NCBI GenBank assembly: GCA_036918135.1
Contig: JBALDB010000056.1
Span: 384,001-448,000, forward strand
Origin: Nostoc sp.
GTDB lineage: Bacteria > Cyanobacteriota > Cyanobacteriia > Cyanobacteriales > Nostocaceae
Length of the DNA: 64,000 nucleotides
Direction: 5' to 3'
Positions 30,909 to 42,265 of this stretch are shown here, one piece after another. Under the pieces are notes generated by a model. The model made no database searches. It had not been told where the DNA came from and worked only from the letters and a program-made list of their open reading frames with translations. The position numbers were made by a program, and so were the translations under genes. Within the stretch, counting starts at the first letter, position 1. Each line of letters starts with the position of its first letter.

Positions 30909-32198
30909 TTAAAATTTGACACGTAACTGTCCTGTTAAAGAGTTACCGCTGTAAGCGCTTTCTCCTGTATCTTGATTGCGGACATTACTAAAGCTATAGC
31001 CCAAGTCTGCTTCGATATTGGGTGAGAGCTTTACTGTACAGCGTGTTTGATAGGTATTAGCGTTGTCGAATTCTCCTTTAAGTCGCTGTCGTCCTAAGTT
31101 GGCAGCTAGGCGACAGCGTAAGAATTTGGTAATATCGCCTTCCCAAGCTACCTCAGCGTTGTAGACTAAGAAATCTGGTGGTGAAAAATAGCCACTTGTG
31201 CGTTCTAAATCGCGCTCGTAACTCCAAGTAAATAAGTTGGCTGCTAGAGAAAATTGTCCGAATTTCCGCTCTAGCCTGCTAAAAGTCTGTACATCAGAAT
31301 TACCATCGTTGTAGTTACCCAAACGCAACGAAGAAAACAAGCTGGTGTTTCGGTCAATTTGCCAGTATAAATCAGGCCCAAATCGCCAAGCAGTAATTTG
31401 GTTTTCTAAAGTTCGGGCATTGGATTTATAAGGCCCTTGTTCCAAATTACCTGATAGTACTAATAGCGATCGCAATTGGCCTGATGGCGAAACTCGTGCT
31501 GGCAAAATCGGAGCCTCTACCTTAGCATTGAGATTAATCGCTGTAGGTAAACGGTCGAACACATCAACTCCGGCTGCTGTTTGCAACGTCACTTGCCCAA
31601 TTTTTCCTTGCCATCCAACTTGCAAGGGAAAATTGCTAACTGATTCAACACCACGTTGCTCAAAGAAATCAAAACCTGTCTTAAAGAATATTTTATTACC
31701 ATTTCTCAATCGCAACTGTAACGTCGGTTCGATGAATAAATTGGTTTGCCCAAAGTTGTCTGTATCATAGCGATAGTCTGTATCAATACTTTCCAAAACT
31801 GCACTCGGTGTTCCCGGTTTGGTAGAAGTTGTTGGTGGGCTAGAATTCTCTGGTGGTTTGGGTGGCGGTGGCGGTAGTCGCAAATCGGGATTGAAGTTTT
31901 CCGGTGCTGCAATCAAAAATCGATGGGACAGAGGTTTTGCAAGTTCTAAGTCATACTGAGTTGCATTTATTGGGGAGAATAAGGGGGATTTCCTATTTTC
32001 ATGTAGTTGGGCAGCTTGTAACTGAACTTCTGAAAATATCCAAACACCTACACTGAGGATGACTCCTAATTGAATCTGTAAGTATCCCAAAATAAACTTA
32101 AGTAAAAAACTATATCGATAAATAAAGAGATAATGCCTAAAACTATCTGCCATCAGCCGATACTGTAAGTTGTATATCAATGACAAACTAGCTGCCAA
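30909..32198 (-). CDS. Putative outer-membrane beta-barrel protein (polysaccharide export porin-like); start uncertain
   Basis: Alternating beta-strand pattern, GYFSP motif, C-terminal Phe (QLRVKF), Pro-rich linker. Confidence 0.7.
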   Translation of the reverse strand: MAASLSLIYNLQYRLMADSFRHYLFIYRYSFLLKFILGYLQIQLGVILSVGVWIFSEVQLQAAQLHENRKSPLFSPINATQYDLELAKPLSHRFLIAAPENFNPDLRLPPPPPKPPENSSPPTTSTKPGTPSAVLESIDTDYRYDTDNFGQTNLFIEPTLQLRLRNGNKIFFKTGFDFFEQRGVESVSNFPLQVGWQGKIGQVTLQTAAGVDVFDRLPTAINLNAKVEAPILPARVSPSGQLRSLLVLSGNLEQGPYKSNARTLENQITAWRFGPDLYWQIDRNTSLFSSLRLGNYNDGNSDVQTFSRLERKFGQFSLAANLFTWSYERDLERTSGYFSPPDFLVYNAEVAWEGDITKFLRCRLAANLGRQRLKGEFDNANTYQTRCTVKLSPNIEADLGYSFSNVRNQDTGESAYSGNSLTGQLRVKF

Positions 32199-32397
32199 AG
32201 AATTTGGCAGCTAGCTTATGAATTCTGCTGGGATTATGATGCCCAGAATATATGCTGATTACAGCAATTTTCAAATAATCAAGTGTACTGCTGCGATTCT
32301 ATATCATGAGAATGCAAACAGATAACCTTCAACACTGTTCTCACTCAGACATAAAGCAGCCTAGTTAGTAATTATACTGATATTACTAAGCCCCGTT

Positions 32398-32524
32398 GGG
32401 GTGGGTATGGGTGTGGGGAAGAGATAGCCCCAAAAACCTTTCGTGTCAAAGCCCCGCTCTTTTAAGGCGCTTCCACCATGCAGGGTTCAAGCCCCAACCA
32501 ATGCCGTCTTCCCCTACCCCCATT
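32398..32524. repeat. Imperfect inverted-repeat (MITE-like) element downstream of recN
   Basis: TGGGTGTGGGGAAGA ... TCTTCCCCTACCCCCA. Confidence 0.5.
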
Positions 32525-32541
32525 CATGACGAATTATTTAA

Positions 32542-34290
32542 TCAACTCTGCTCGCCACGACGGTGGTTAGCGGCTTGTAATAACAAAGATTCGGCAAAAG
32601 CGATCGCATCACTTGCTGATTTTCCACCAGCTAACTGCGCTAATTCTTCCCGGCGAGTAGTTAAATTATCTAAAGTCGTAACTCGTACAACGGTACGTTG
32701 TTCGCTGTTGCCATTGTTAGCTTTTTTACCCTTATCTTGATTGATTATTTGCTTATCCACCCGGAAATGACGGTCTGCCATTGCTGCAACTAAGGGTTGG
32801 TGGGTAACGCATAATACTTGGTTATGTTGACTTAACTGGTGTAATTTTTCCGCGATCGCTTGGGCGACTCTTCCAGAAACCCCAACATCAATTTCATCGA
32901 ATACCATTGTCCCAGCTGCATCGACTTGGGAAAAACAAGCTTTCAATGCCAGTAAAAAACGGCTCATTTCTCCACCAGAGGCAATTTCTGTTAAAGGTTG
33001 CAGTGGTTCTCCGGGGTTGGGACTAAACATAAAGGTAATTTTATCTGCTCCCATAGCAGTTGGAAAAGTCGGCAAAATTTCAACTTGAAACTTCACCTTT
33101 TCCATCGCTAAGGGCTTAAGTTCAGATATTAAACGTGATTCTAAATTAGCAGCAGCTTTACTACGCAGTTGAGTTAATTGATTACTTGCTTGAGTGAGTT
33201 TCTCAAAACACGCCTTTTCTTGCTGTTCTAGATTTTCGATAGATTGTTCGCTGTCGTTAAGTTGGGCTAATTGGGCTTGGATGCGCTGGTAATAGGCGAT
33301 CGCTTCTGTTAATGTCGGCCCATACTTGCGGCAAATTTGCTTTAATTCTCGGACGCGTTCTTCCACTTCTTCCAACCGCTGGGGATCGGCTTCTAAATTG
33401 TCGCCGTATGCATTAATCTGTCTTCCGACTTCCATGACCGCAGCTTGGGCGTCCCTGACTAATTCCAACAGGGGTTGCAGTTGGGTGTCGTATTCTACCA
33501 TGTCATTTAATGTCGCTTCGCTGTCTCCCAATAAATCTGCGGCGGCGGGAGTTTCATTATCATTTTGATACAAAGCCTGATAAATTTTGTAACTCATTTG
33601 TTGCAAATCAACAACATGATTCAGGCGTTCTCGTTCTTGTCCCAACTGTTCCAATTCATTCGGTTCGCACAGATTGGCTGCTCCCAATTCCTGCACTTGA
33701 TAGGTGAGCAAGTCGAGTTGTTGCAAACGTTCGCGTTCTGATGTGCGGCGTTTTTCTAGCACGAGATGCGCCTGTTGGTAAGCACTAAAGCTACTGGCGA
33801 CCTTTTGGCGTTGCTGCATTGGGGAGTCACCGCCATACAAATCCAACCAGTCCCGGACTTGAGCAGATTGTCCCACTTGCACCGTTTGACCTTGAGCTGT
33901 GATTTCCACCAAGCGATCGCGCAGTCCTGCCACAATCTGCCGATTTACCAACACGCCATTGACTCGCGATCGACTGCGGACATTACTAGCTGTGACGGTG
34001 ATTTCTCGACTAATGACTACAGAGTTTTCATCAAGCAAATCGATTTCCTGTTCGGTCAACCAAGCAGCGAAGGGGGGGTTTGAAGTGAAAGTAGCTTCTA
34101 CCATTGCCCGACTTGTGCCTGTACGAATCACTCGACTAGAAACTTTACCGCCCAAAGCCGCATCAATAGCATCCAAAATAATCGATTTTCCGGCACCAGT
34201 TTCACCCGTCAACACATTTAGTCCGGCGCTAAATTCCAATTCCAGTTGGTCGATGAGGGCAAAGTTTTCAATTCGCAAACAAAGCAACAT
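32542..34290 (-). CDS. recN: DNA repair protein RecN
   Basis: IENFALID, TGETGAGKS, ASGGEMSR, FDEIDVGVSG, VTHQP. Confidence 0.97.
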   Translation of the reverse strand: MLLCLRIENFALIDQLELEFSAGLNVLTGETGAGKSIILDAIDAALGGKVSSRVIRTGTSRAMVEATFTSNPPFAAWLTEQEIDLLDENSVVISREITVTASNVRSRSRVNGVLVNRQIVAGLRDRLVEITAQGQTVQVGQSAQVRDWLDLYGGDSPMQQRQKVASSFSAYQQAHLVLEKRRTSERERLQQLDLLTYQVQELGAANLCEPNELEQLGQERERLNHVVDLQQMSYKIYQALYQNDNETPAAADLLGDSEATLNDMVEYDTQLQPLLELVRDAQAAVMEVGRQINAYGDNLEADPQRLEEVEERVRELKQICRKYGPTLTEAIAYYQRIQAQLAQLNDSEQSIENLEQQEKACFEKLTQASNQLTQLRSKAAANLESRLISELKPLAMEKVKFQVEILPTFPTAMGADKITFMFSPNPGEPLQPLTEIASGGEMSRFLLALKACFSQVDAAGTMVFDEIDVGVSGRVAQAIAEKLHQLSQHNQVLCVTHQPLVAAMADRHFRVDKQIINQDKGKKANNGNSEQRTVVRVTTLDNLTTRREELAQLAGGKSASDAIAFAESLLLQAANHRRGEQS

Positions 34291-34845
34291 CAAGCCAAAT
34301 TCTCCTTCCATAGTGCCGAGTGTTGTTAGCTTTCTTCTCTACCTTGGGCTGGGTCAACCGGGCGTTGAGCCAGTGCTGAGTTGTGAGTCAAAAGAAAATT
34401 TTGGAGTTAGTAAGGCCGCAAGCGATATCTTTTCTTAAGACGACTCAGCACTGAGAAAAGCAGCAATACCTACTATTATTAAATTAATATGCCCATATTA
34501 GTTTAGCAGAGCAATGGGGATTGAGCATGAAGCATTGCCAGTGCTGAGTTAGGAGTCTCGCCAAAGACGTTTGGGTTGCTTTGGTAAAGGATTGACAAAT
34601 AAAAAACATTCCAAATTTTCTTGTGGAATGGCTATCCTCACCCATCCAATATTTAGGGTTGGCTTTCCTGCCCAGTCTACAACCCCAGATAATTTATTTT
34701 CTATAAATCCTTTAAGAGTTAGCAATTAAAAGTTAGAAATTCTCCTCCTTTCTCTACTCCCTCATCTCCCCAATGCCCTATGCTCAATGTCTAAACATGT
34801 TGTTACAATGCTTAATACGAACGTTCTGAGCGGTGGCCTTCTTCC

Positions 34846-36819
34846 ATGATTCTTAAGACACTTCCCCCTACTTCCGAACCTGTTCAGGAGGACAGTCGCA
34901 ACGGCAAAAGTAGCCAAGGCGAACTAGTGCCAGAATTTGGTACACAAGACTTGGTAGTGCGATCGCCAAGGCTTTTGGCAGCCCGAGAGGATACTAAAAC
35001 AGCCCAACCTGAGACGCGTTACAATCCCCTGGAGATAGCGGCGCATTACCGAAACAGATCGCTGCAAGTTTTAGGGCGAATTTTTGCTGTGTTGAGGCCA
35101 ACACTGTCCTTCGCTTTTGGGTTGTGGTCGGATAGTAAACGGGGAATTGTCGTCAAAAATGATCGCCGTCGAGCCGTTCAGCTACGAGAATTACTGACGC
35201 GACTAGGGCCTGCTTATATCAAAATTGGTCAAGCTTTGTCCACTAGACCGGATTTGGTTCCTCCGGTATATTTGGAAGAATTAACCAAGCTACAAGACCA
35301 ATTACCACCTTTTGCTAATGAAATTGCTTACCAGTTTATCGAAGAAGAACTAGGCGCACCTCCTCAACAAATTTACGCCGAACTCTCGCCCCAGCCAATT
35401 GCTGCCGCTTCCTTGGGGCAAGTCTATAAAGGTAGGCTGAGAACTGGTGAAGAAGTCGCCGTCAAAGTCCAGCGCCCTGACCTCCGAGAGCGGATTACTA
35501 TTGATTTGTATATTTTGCGTAACCTCGCCGCTTGGGTGCAGAAAAAGGTCAAGCGGGTACGAAGTGACTTAGTTGGGATTCTCGATGAATTAGGGGAACG
35601 CATTTTTGAAGAAATGGATTATATCCATGAAGGCGAAAATGCAGAACGATTTTTTGAGTTATACGGTCACATAAAAGACGTATACGTACCGAAAATTTAC
35701 TGGGAATATACTAACCGTCGCGTGTTGACGATGGAGTGGATTGACGGCATTAAATTAACCCAAACAGAAGAAATTCGCGCCCAAGGCATAAATGCTCGTT
35801 ATCTAATTGAAGTGGGTGTGCAGTGTTCTCTACGCCAACTGCTAGAACACGGATTTTTCCACGCCGATCCTCACCCTGGTAATTTGTTAGCAACAACCGA
35901 TGGGAAATTAGCTTATCTTGACTTTGGGATGATGAGCGAGATTAAACCACCGCAGCGCTATGGTTTAATTGAAGCGATCGTTCATGTTGTTAACCGCGAC
36001 TTTGATGGCTTAGCAAAAGACTACGTTAAATTAGATTTCTTATCACCAGAAACAGATTTAACGCCAATTATCCCAGCTTTTGCCAGAGTATTTGCTGATG
36101 CCCAAGGAGCTAGTGTTGCAGAACTTAACATTAAAAGTATTACCGATGAACTATCGGCTTTAATGTATGAATATCCTTTCCGCGTACCACCCTATTACGC
36201 TTTAATTATTCGCTCCCTCGTAACGCTAGAAGGTATTGCAATATTTATAGACCCGACTTTTAAAGTTCTCAGCGAAGCTTATCCCTACGTTTCTAAACGT
36301 TTGTTAACCGACCCTGCACCACAGTTAAGAGCATCATTGCAAGATTTACTATTTAAAGATGGTAGATTCCGCTGGAACCGCTTAGAAAACTTGTTAAAAA
36401 ATGCGCGTAATAGTCAAGACTACGACTTTAATTTAGTGTTGAATCAGGGCGTAGAATTTCTCTCATCTGAACGTGGCGCTTTCATTCGTGACAAATTGGT
36501 GGATGAATCTGTTAATGGACTCGATGCTTTAGGTAAAAATATTTTACATAACTTTACCTATTTACTCAGAGAAAGAGTAGGATTAACAGCAATTAATGAA
36601 ACTCCAGCCGCGACAGTTGAACAACAACAAACCTTAGAGCATATCAAGCGGATTTTTAATATTCTCCGAGAAACACGAGGCTTTGACCCAGTAGAATTTG
36701 CGCCTAAAATTGCTCAACTATTGGTAAATCCAGGTGTACAGCGTTTAGGTCAACAAGTGACCAGCCGCTTTACACAAAAGGCTTTAGCTAGGATAATTCG
36801 GCAATTATTGGCGTCGTAA
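34846..36819 (+). CDS. ABC1/AarF/UbiB family atypical kinase
   Basis: LGPAYIKIGQ, AAASLGQVY, VAVKVQRP, HADPHPGN, DFGMM. Confidence 0.95.
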   Translation: MILKTLPPTSEPVQEDSRNGKSSQGELVPEFGTQDLVVRSPRLLAAREDTKTAQPETRYNPLEIAAHYRNRSLQVLGRIFAVLRPTLSFAFGLWSDSKRGIVVKNDRRRAVQLRELLTRLGPAYIKIGQALSTRPDLVPPVYLEELTKLQDQLPPFANEIAYQFIEEELGAPPQQIYAELSPQPIAAASLGQVYKGRLRTGEEVAVKVQRPDLRERITIDLYILRNLAAWVQKKVKRVRSDLVGILDELGERIFEEMDYIHEGENAERFFELYGHIKDVYVPKIYWEYTNRRVLTMEWIDGIKLTQTEEIRAQGINARYLIEVGVQCSLRQLLEHGFFHADPHPGNLLATTDGKLAYLDFGMMSEIKPPQRYGLIEAIVHVVNRDFDGLAKDYVKLDFLSPETDLTPIIPAFARVFADAQGASVAELNIKSITDELSALMYEYPFRVPPYYALIIRSLVTLEGIAIFIDPTFKVLSEAYPYVSKRLLTDPAPQLRASLQDLLFKDGRFRWNRLENLLKNARNSQDYDFNLVLNQGVEFLSSERGAFIRDKLVDESVNGLDALGKNILHNFTYLLRERVGLTAINETPAATVEQQQTLEHIKRIFNILRETRGFDPVEFAPKIAQLLVNPGVQRLGQQVTSRFTQKALARIIRQLLAS

Positions 36820-36874
36820 GTTTTATTAAGGGAAAAGCTAACTGCATCCTAGATATTTTGTCTGAATCTAAATT

Positions 36875-37309
36875 TCATTCCTCATCTTTGTGATAACCAT
36901 TTTTCTCACGTTTGAGGCTTTCTTCTAAAGCTTGAATTTGTTCGCGTCTGGCTTCCAATTCCAAAGAACGCCGTGCTAAGTCTTGGTTTTGTAATGTCAG
37001 CGATTGTCGCCAATGTTCTGCTCGGTCAGCTTCGTGCAGTAAGAATTCTGGTGTAATACCGGTGGTGAGGTAGGTTTGTACTAAATGGAGTACCCAATTA
37101 GTAGCATCTTCTACTCTTTGAATATCGCCTGTGGGGGAAAGTTCGACTAAAACAAGGAAGTTCTCACTCATGGGATTTCCCTTTCCTAGCAGAATGAAAG
37201 CCTCTTCTGGAATTATCGCCCACAAGTTATCAACTTCCTGACGCGCCAATAAACGTAACTGATGCTGGTCTAAAAAATCGTTTTTACGTACTTGGGCTAG
37301 ATATAGCAT
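36875..37309 (-). CDS. Hypothetical protein with C-terminal coiled coil
   Basis: MLYLAQV N-terminus; WRQSLTLQNQDLARR coiled coil. Confidence 0.8.
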   Translation of the reverse strand: MLYLAQVRKNDFLDQHQLRLLARQEVDNLWAIIPEEAFILLGKGNPMSENFLVLVELSPTGDIQRVEDATNWVLHLVQTYLTTGITPEFLLHEADRAEHWRQSLTLQNQDLARRSLELEARREQIQALEESLKREKNGYHKDEE

Positions 37310-37564
37310 GAGAGTCGCTCCGCTTCAATTCAAAATTCCAAATTTTAAAAATTATTTTTAATCAAAAAAAGTATAAGTATTGATAAGAAAGTCAAAAGTT
37401 AAAAGAATGAAATTAAGTCACAGTTAGAAATTTAGCTAGATGAGTTGTGCTTTCAAAAAATGTCCAACAGCTTGTTTGAAGGTAGGTAATGGGTAATAAG
37501 GAATTAATCATTTTCCCATTACCCATTAGATTATTACAGTTATCCTAATCCACGTAGGTAATGC

Positions 37565-40549
37565 CTACGGCAACGCCTGAAGGCGTCCGCGCAGAATTTC
37601 TGCTTGTTTTTCGGCTTCTGCTAAGGCATCTCTCGCTCCTTGAACTACGTCAGCTCTAGCTTTATCAACAAAATTCGGATTGTTTAATCTGGCACTCAAA
37701 GATTGAATTTCCGCTTCGGCTTTACTTAAGCTTTTCTCTAGTTTGGCGCGCACAACTTCGATATCGACCACGCCACTGAGGGGAATTAGTACTTGTATTG
37801 TACCTGTTACACCAGCGATCGCATTTTCTGGTTCTTGTGTTTGTTGTAATTCTGTGGCTTGGAAAAACTGTCTCCATAGCTTTTGTCTAGCTTCAGCAGT
37901 CAGTAAATTTTGCCTAACAAACCACGCTGCGTACAGAAAACCAACTATTTTAAAGAAAGTTCCAATGAGCGGAGTTTCATCAATCGTATTCGCCACATTA
38001 AAACCTAACTTAGCTAAGACAATCGTTAAAATACTTAAACCGATTATTTTCAAACCCCTCTGAGGTTTTTTAGCAGCAACAGTTTGGCTTTTTTGCTTGT
38101 CAGTAATGGTTAAAGTCTCAACCTTCGCTAAATCTTGAATGTAAACCTGTCCAGCGCTAAGGATTTTTCTTTCTTTTTCACTTTCAGTTTGTAAATTAGC
38201 TGTCACCTTTACCCCTGGTTTAACATCAGCTTCAGCGCGCAAGTTGCGAATTGTACGGATAGTATCGATTAGCAATTCAAATTGTTCTTCTAAAGCTAAA
38301 TCAATTAGATTTGCATCTACTTGAGGATAAAGTTGTAAAGCTAGAGTTTGGTGGGAATCTGCTGGTTGTTGAGTGAGAGTTTGCCAAATTTCCTCGGTAA
38401 TATGAGGCATAAAGGGATGAAGCAGTTTTAAAATTCCTTCCAGTACGTGGGCGAGGGTTTGTTGTGCTACCCGTCGCGATGCGGGGTCTGTATCTGGCTG
38501 GAGGCGAGATTTCACTAGTTCAATATATTGGTCGCAGAAATCACCCCAAATGAACTCGTATAATCCCTTTGCTGCTTCTCCTAAACCGTAGCTGTCAATG
38601 TAATTGCTGGTTTGTTTAACAACTTGATTGTAGCGGGAAACAATCCAGCGATCGCTTAATTCTGTGCTGACTGGTTGACTCAATTGTTCGGGAGTTTGTC
38701 CATCCAAATTCATCATCACAAACCGAGCAGCATTCCACAACTTGTTAGCAAAATTGCGCGACGCTTCTACAGATGGTGATTCATCCTTTTTGCGATCGTA
38801 TTCCAAGCGGATATCTTGTCCCGCCCCCGCCACTTCTCTAATTAGGGTATAGCGCAGGGCGTCAGTACCATATTTATCAATTAATAACAACGGGTCAATA
38901 CCATTACCTTTGGTCTTTGACATCTTCTGACCTTTTTCATCCAGCACCAACCCGTGCATGTAAACATCTTTAAACGGCATTTGCCCAGTAAAATGTCCAG
39001 CCATCATGGTCATTCTGGCTACCCAGAAAAAGATGATATCAAAGCCTGTCACCAAAGTAGTGGTAGGGTAGTAAGTTGCTAAATCCTGAGTTTGTTCCGG
39101 CCAGCCCAAAGTTGAAAACGGCCAAAGTCCAGAAGAAAACCAAGTATCTAGCACATCTGGGTCTTGTTCTAACTTGACATTTTCCCCAAATTGCGCCTTA
39201 GCTTTTTCCCAAGCTTCGGCTTCTGATTTCGCCACCACAAATGGCGTGTTATCAGTAATTTGCCCATCGGTTTGACTGACAGCGTACCAAGCGGGAATTT
39301 GGTGTCCCCACCACAATTGGCGAGAGATACACCAATCTTTGAGTTTTACTAACCAATCACGATAGACCTTTGTCCAGCGTTGGGGGACAAACTCCGGTGA
39401 GTTTTGCTGGTCGAGGAATTCTAAAGTTTTCTCAGCTAAGGGGCGAATTTTAACAAACCACTGAGTTGAAAGCAGGGGTTCAATGGGTACTTTACCGCGA
39501 TCGCTGTAGGGAACGGTATGTTTATAATCTTCTATCTTCACCAAAAAACCATCTGCTTCTAAGCGAGAAACCACATTCTTCCTCGCAACAAAGCGGTCTT
39601 GTCCTTGAAATTCTCCGGCATTGGCGTTAAGAGTGCCGTCTTTATTCATAATATTTATTAACGGCAAATTATGACGTTTACCCATCTCAAAATCGTTCGG
39701 GTCATGGGCGGGAGTTATCTTCACGCAGCCTGTGCCGAAAGTAGGGTCAACGTATTCATCGCTAATGATGGGAATTTCTCGTTGTAAAATGGGCAGAGTC
39801 AGAGTTTTGCCGATCAGATGTTTGTAGCGATCGTCATTAGGATTAACTGCCACTGCTGTATCGCCGAGCATCGTTTCTGGTCGAGTCGTCGCCACTTCCA
39901 CAAAACCAGAACCATCTGTCAGTGGATAACGGAAGTGCCACAGATTACCATTAACCTCTTGATTTTCTACTTCCACATCAGACACAGCCGACTGGGAAGC
40001 TGGACACCAGTTAACTAAGTATTCACCACGATAAATTAAGCCTTCTTCATAAAGGCGAGTAAATGCCTCAACAACAGCCTTGGATAAACCTTCATCTAAG
40101 GTAAACCTCTCGCGCGACCAGTCTGCCGAAACACCCAAGCGTCGCAATTGATTAACAATCGTTCCTTCAGACTCCGCCTTCCATTGCCAAGCGCGTTCTA
40201 AGAATTTCTCGCGCCCCAATTCGTAACGAGTCTTACCCTCTGTCTTGAGTTGCTTTTCCAGCATAGTATGCACACCAATGCTGGCGTGGTCAGTTCCAGG
40301 TAGCCACAACGTATTACGTCCCTGCATTCGGTGGTAGCGCACGAGAGTATCAATCAAGGCACTTTCAAAAGCGTGACCCATGTGCAAACTGCCGGTGACA
40401 TTAGGCGGCGGAATCACAATGCAGTAAGGTTCACCGCCTTTGTTGGGGTCAGCTTTGTAAACTTGGTTATCTTCCCAGAATTTTTGCCACTTGGCTTCAG
40501 TGGAAAAAGGGTCGTAGAGACTGGGGAGATTGAGAATGGTTGCGGTCAT
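37565..40549 (-). CDS. valS: Valine--tRNA ligase with inserted CAAD membrane domain
   Basis: [27 protein letters not shown]; hydrophobic insertion near the C-terminus. Confidence 0.98.
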   Translation of the reverse strand: MTATILNLPSLYDPFSTEAKWQKFWEDNQVYKADPNKGGEPYCIVIPPPNVTGSLHMGHAFESALIDTLVRYHRMQGRNTLWLPGTDHASIGVHTMLEKQLKTEGKTRYELGREKFLERAWQWKAESEGTIVNQLRRLGVSADWSRERFTLDEGLSKAVVEAFTRLYEEGLIYRGEYLVNWCPASQSAVSDVEVENQEVNGNLWHFRYPLTDGSGFVEVATTRPETMLGDTAVAVNPNDDRYKHLIGKTLTLPILQREIPIISDEYVDPTFGTGCVKITPAHDPNDFEMGKRHNLPLINIMNKDGTLNANAGEFQGQDRFVARKNVVSRLEADGFLVKIEDYKHTVPYSDRGKVPIEPLLSTQWFVKIRPLAEKTLEFLDQQNSPEFVPQRWTKVYRDWLVKLKDWCISRQLWWGHQIPAWYAVSQTDGQITDNTPFVVAKSEAEAWEKAKAQFGENVKLEQDPDVLDTWFSSGLWPFSTLGWPEQTQDLATYYPTTTLVTGFDIIFFWVARMTMMAGHFTGQMPFKDVYMHGLVLDEKGQKMSKTKGNGIDPLLLIDKYGTDALRYTLIREVAGAGQDIRLEYDRKKDESPSVEASRNFANKLWNAARFVMMNLDGQTPEQLSQPVSTELSDRWIVSRYNQVVKQTSNYIDSYGLGEAAKGLYEFIWGDFCDQYIELVKSRLQPDTDPASRRVAQQTLAHVLEGILKLLHPFMPHITEEIWQTLTQQPADSHQTLALQLYPQVDANLIDLALEEQFELLIDTIRTIRNLRAEADVKPGVKVTANLQTESEKERKILSAGQVYIQDLAKVETLTITDKQKSQTVAAKKPQRGLKIIGLSILTIVLAKLGFNVANTIDETPLIGTFFKIVGFLYAAWFVRQNLLTAEARQKLWRQFFQATELQQTQEPENAIAGVTGTIQVLIPLSGVVDIEVVRAKLEKSLSKAEAEIQSLSARLNNPNFVDKARADVVQGARDALAEAEKQAEILRGRLQALP

Positions 40550-40682
40550 GCGGGGCAAACTAACTATGGAAGGACTCTAATAAATTTTGCCACAGGCTTG
40601 GAGGGGGTTTTGATAACTAAGGACAAATAACTAAGGACGGCGATCAAATAATTTTCACTTTCTGATTTAGGATTGCTAGACG

Positions 40683-41105
40683 TTAAAGGTCGGATTTAAG
40701 ATATTGCTGTAATTGTTGAGTACGCTCTTTTGTGGTATTTTCTAAGCAACCAAAGTAAATTGTAGGGGCTATAGTTCCACCCTCATATTGGCTTTCCTCA
40801 AACTCACAACTGCTATCTCGAAACTTAATCCATGCTTGTTGTGCAGCAATCAATTTTTGTTTTCTAGTTCTGTCTAACTTAGGCAGCAGTTGTTGATAAA
40901 CTGCATTCAATTTTTTATCAGCATTTTGATAAGATAACCTACTGCATTCATTAATTGCTGCTTGAGTTTGAGCATTGTTGCAGTTTAGCTTTTGAGCTAA
41001 ATGTATTTTTGGTAAATTCGGCGTTGTACTTACTGTTGTCGTAGTAGGAATGTATGAACTGTTGAGAGTTAGTATATTTACTAATAAAGGCAAGAAATAG
41101 TACAT
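40683..41105 (-). CDS. LprI/DUF1311 family secreted protein
   Basis: C...TQ..IN.C, ADKKLNAVYQQL, AQQAWIKFRD..C. Confidence 0.88.
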   Translation of the reverse strand: MYYFLPLLVNILTLNSSYIPTTTTVSTTPNLPKIHLAQKLNCNNAQTQAAINECSRLSYQNADKKLNAVYQQLLPKLDRTRKQKLIAAQQAWIKFRDSSCEFEESQYEGGTIAPTIYFGCLENTTKERTQQLQQYLKSDL

Positions 41106-42265
41106 TTATTTTACCTGGTACGTTAATGATTTTGGCAATTTTAGCCATTTTTCAATCGGTCAAACATCTAACACCACAAAGCCACGAACAAATTAAGGTT
41201 GGAGAAAAGCCCTTGAAATCTCTAAATCTGATAATTCAGAGTTATGGTCGGTTTGGATACTGAGTAAGTTTTCACCACGACTTTATCTTAACAAGAAGCA
41301 TAAATTAGTTATTAAGTCAAGAATCTTAATTTGGCAAACATAAAGGACTAGAAGTCGCAGCGACAGCAAGAAAGATGAGTTCGCCTGCGAATCTCCTATA
41401 GGCAAGAATATAAAGCTTGGGTAGGTTTTAGCGAATCGAAAGTGTAAAGCTAGCTGCGCTTATCCATATACTTATTGTAAAAGTCAGCAGGAAGAAAATT
41501 TTCCTTTACCCTTTACCTAACAAATGTGCAAAAATTACTTTTACAAGAGATATCAAGTAACTATAAATTGACAATTCATGATGAAAATACCTCATCTGCA
41601 TTCGCTAATCTCTACTCTGATGACAGACCTGATTTACTTATTTAAATATAAATTTAACGTATTTAAAAATCTAAAAAATTCAAAATATTCGCTTTTTAAT
41701 ATCAATCTCATTAAATGAGATTGGGTGTGAGCTAGTGCTAAAATAAAATCTAAAAATTAGAAATTATCATCAAAAATTTAAACATTATAAATAAATAACA
41801 TATAAATTTTTATAAGAAATATAATACTTCTCTTGAAAATATTCTGCTTATATATAAAATTACAATCAAAGTCTTGCGTTAAGTAATCAAAAAACTGTAT
41901 TGTTTATATTGTTGAAAATTGTTTTTCACAAAAGCAATAAGAAAACACAAGTTCCGCACATGGAAAAAAGCATTGCCTTGGTGAATCGGTAAATATCGAT
42001 ATCGAACCAAAATGTGTGTATCGTTGCTATTGACATCATTAGTAACAGAACTAACCTAAAAACGAAAAATCCAATCTTTCGTTGGTGTTGTGTAGTATAT
42101 TTTCTACACTACACCTGTTACAGTCCCTACCTAATCATCAAGAACAGTATCGGCTAGATTTTCAGGGTTTCATCTCTCTAATCGGGGCAAGAAATCTATT
42201 CTGTGCTGGCTGAAGAAAGGGATTTCAAGCTCATTTTATCAAGGAACCGCGACTAGTAAAAAATT

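Noticed and set aside
32396..32740. 114-aa ORF
   Set aside because: Made of a repeat element plus the antisense of the recN 3' end.
34814..34827. LexA box for recN (AATACGAACGTTCT)
   Set aside because: Mismatched to the cyanobacterial consensus and over 500 bp from the recN start; too weak to call.
41150..42260. Hidden gene or ncRNA in the long AT-rich intergenic region
   Set aside because: Only short ORFs and an isolated palindrome (ATCTCATTAAATGAGAT); no repeated or recognisable structure.
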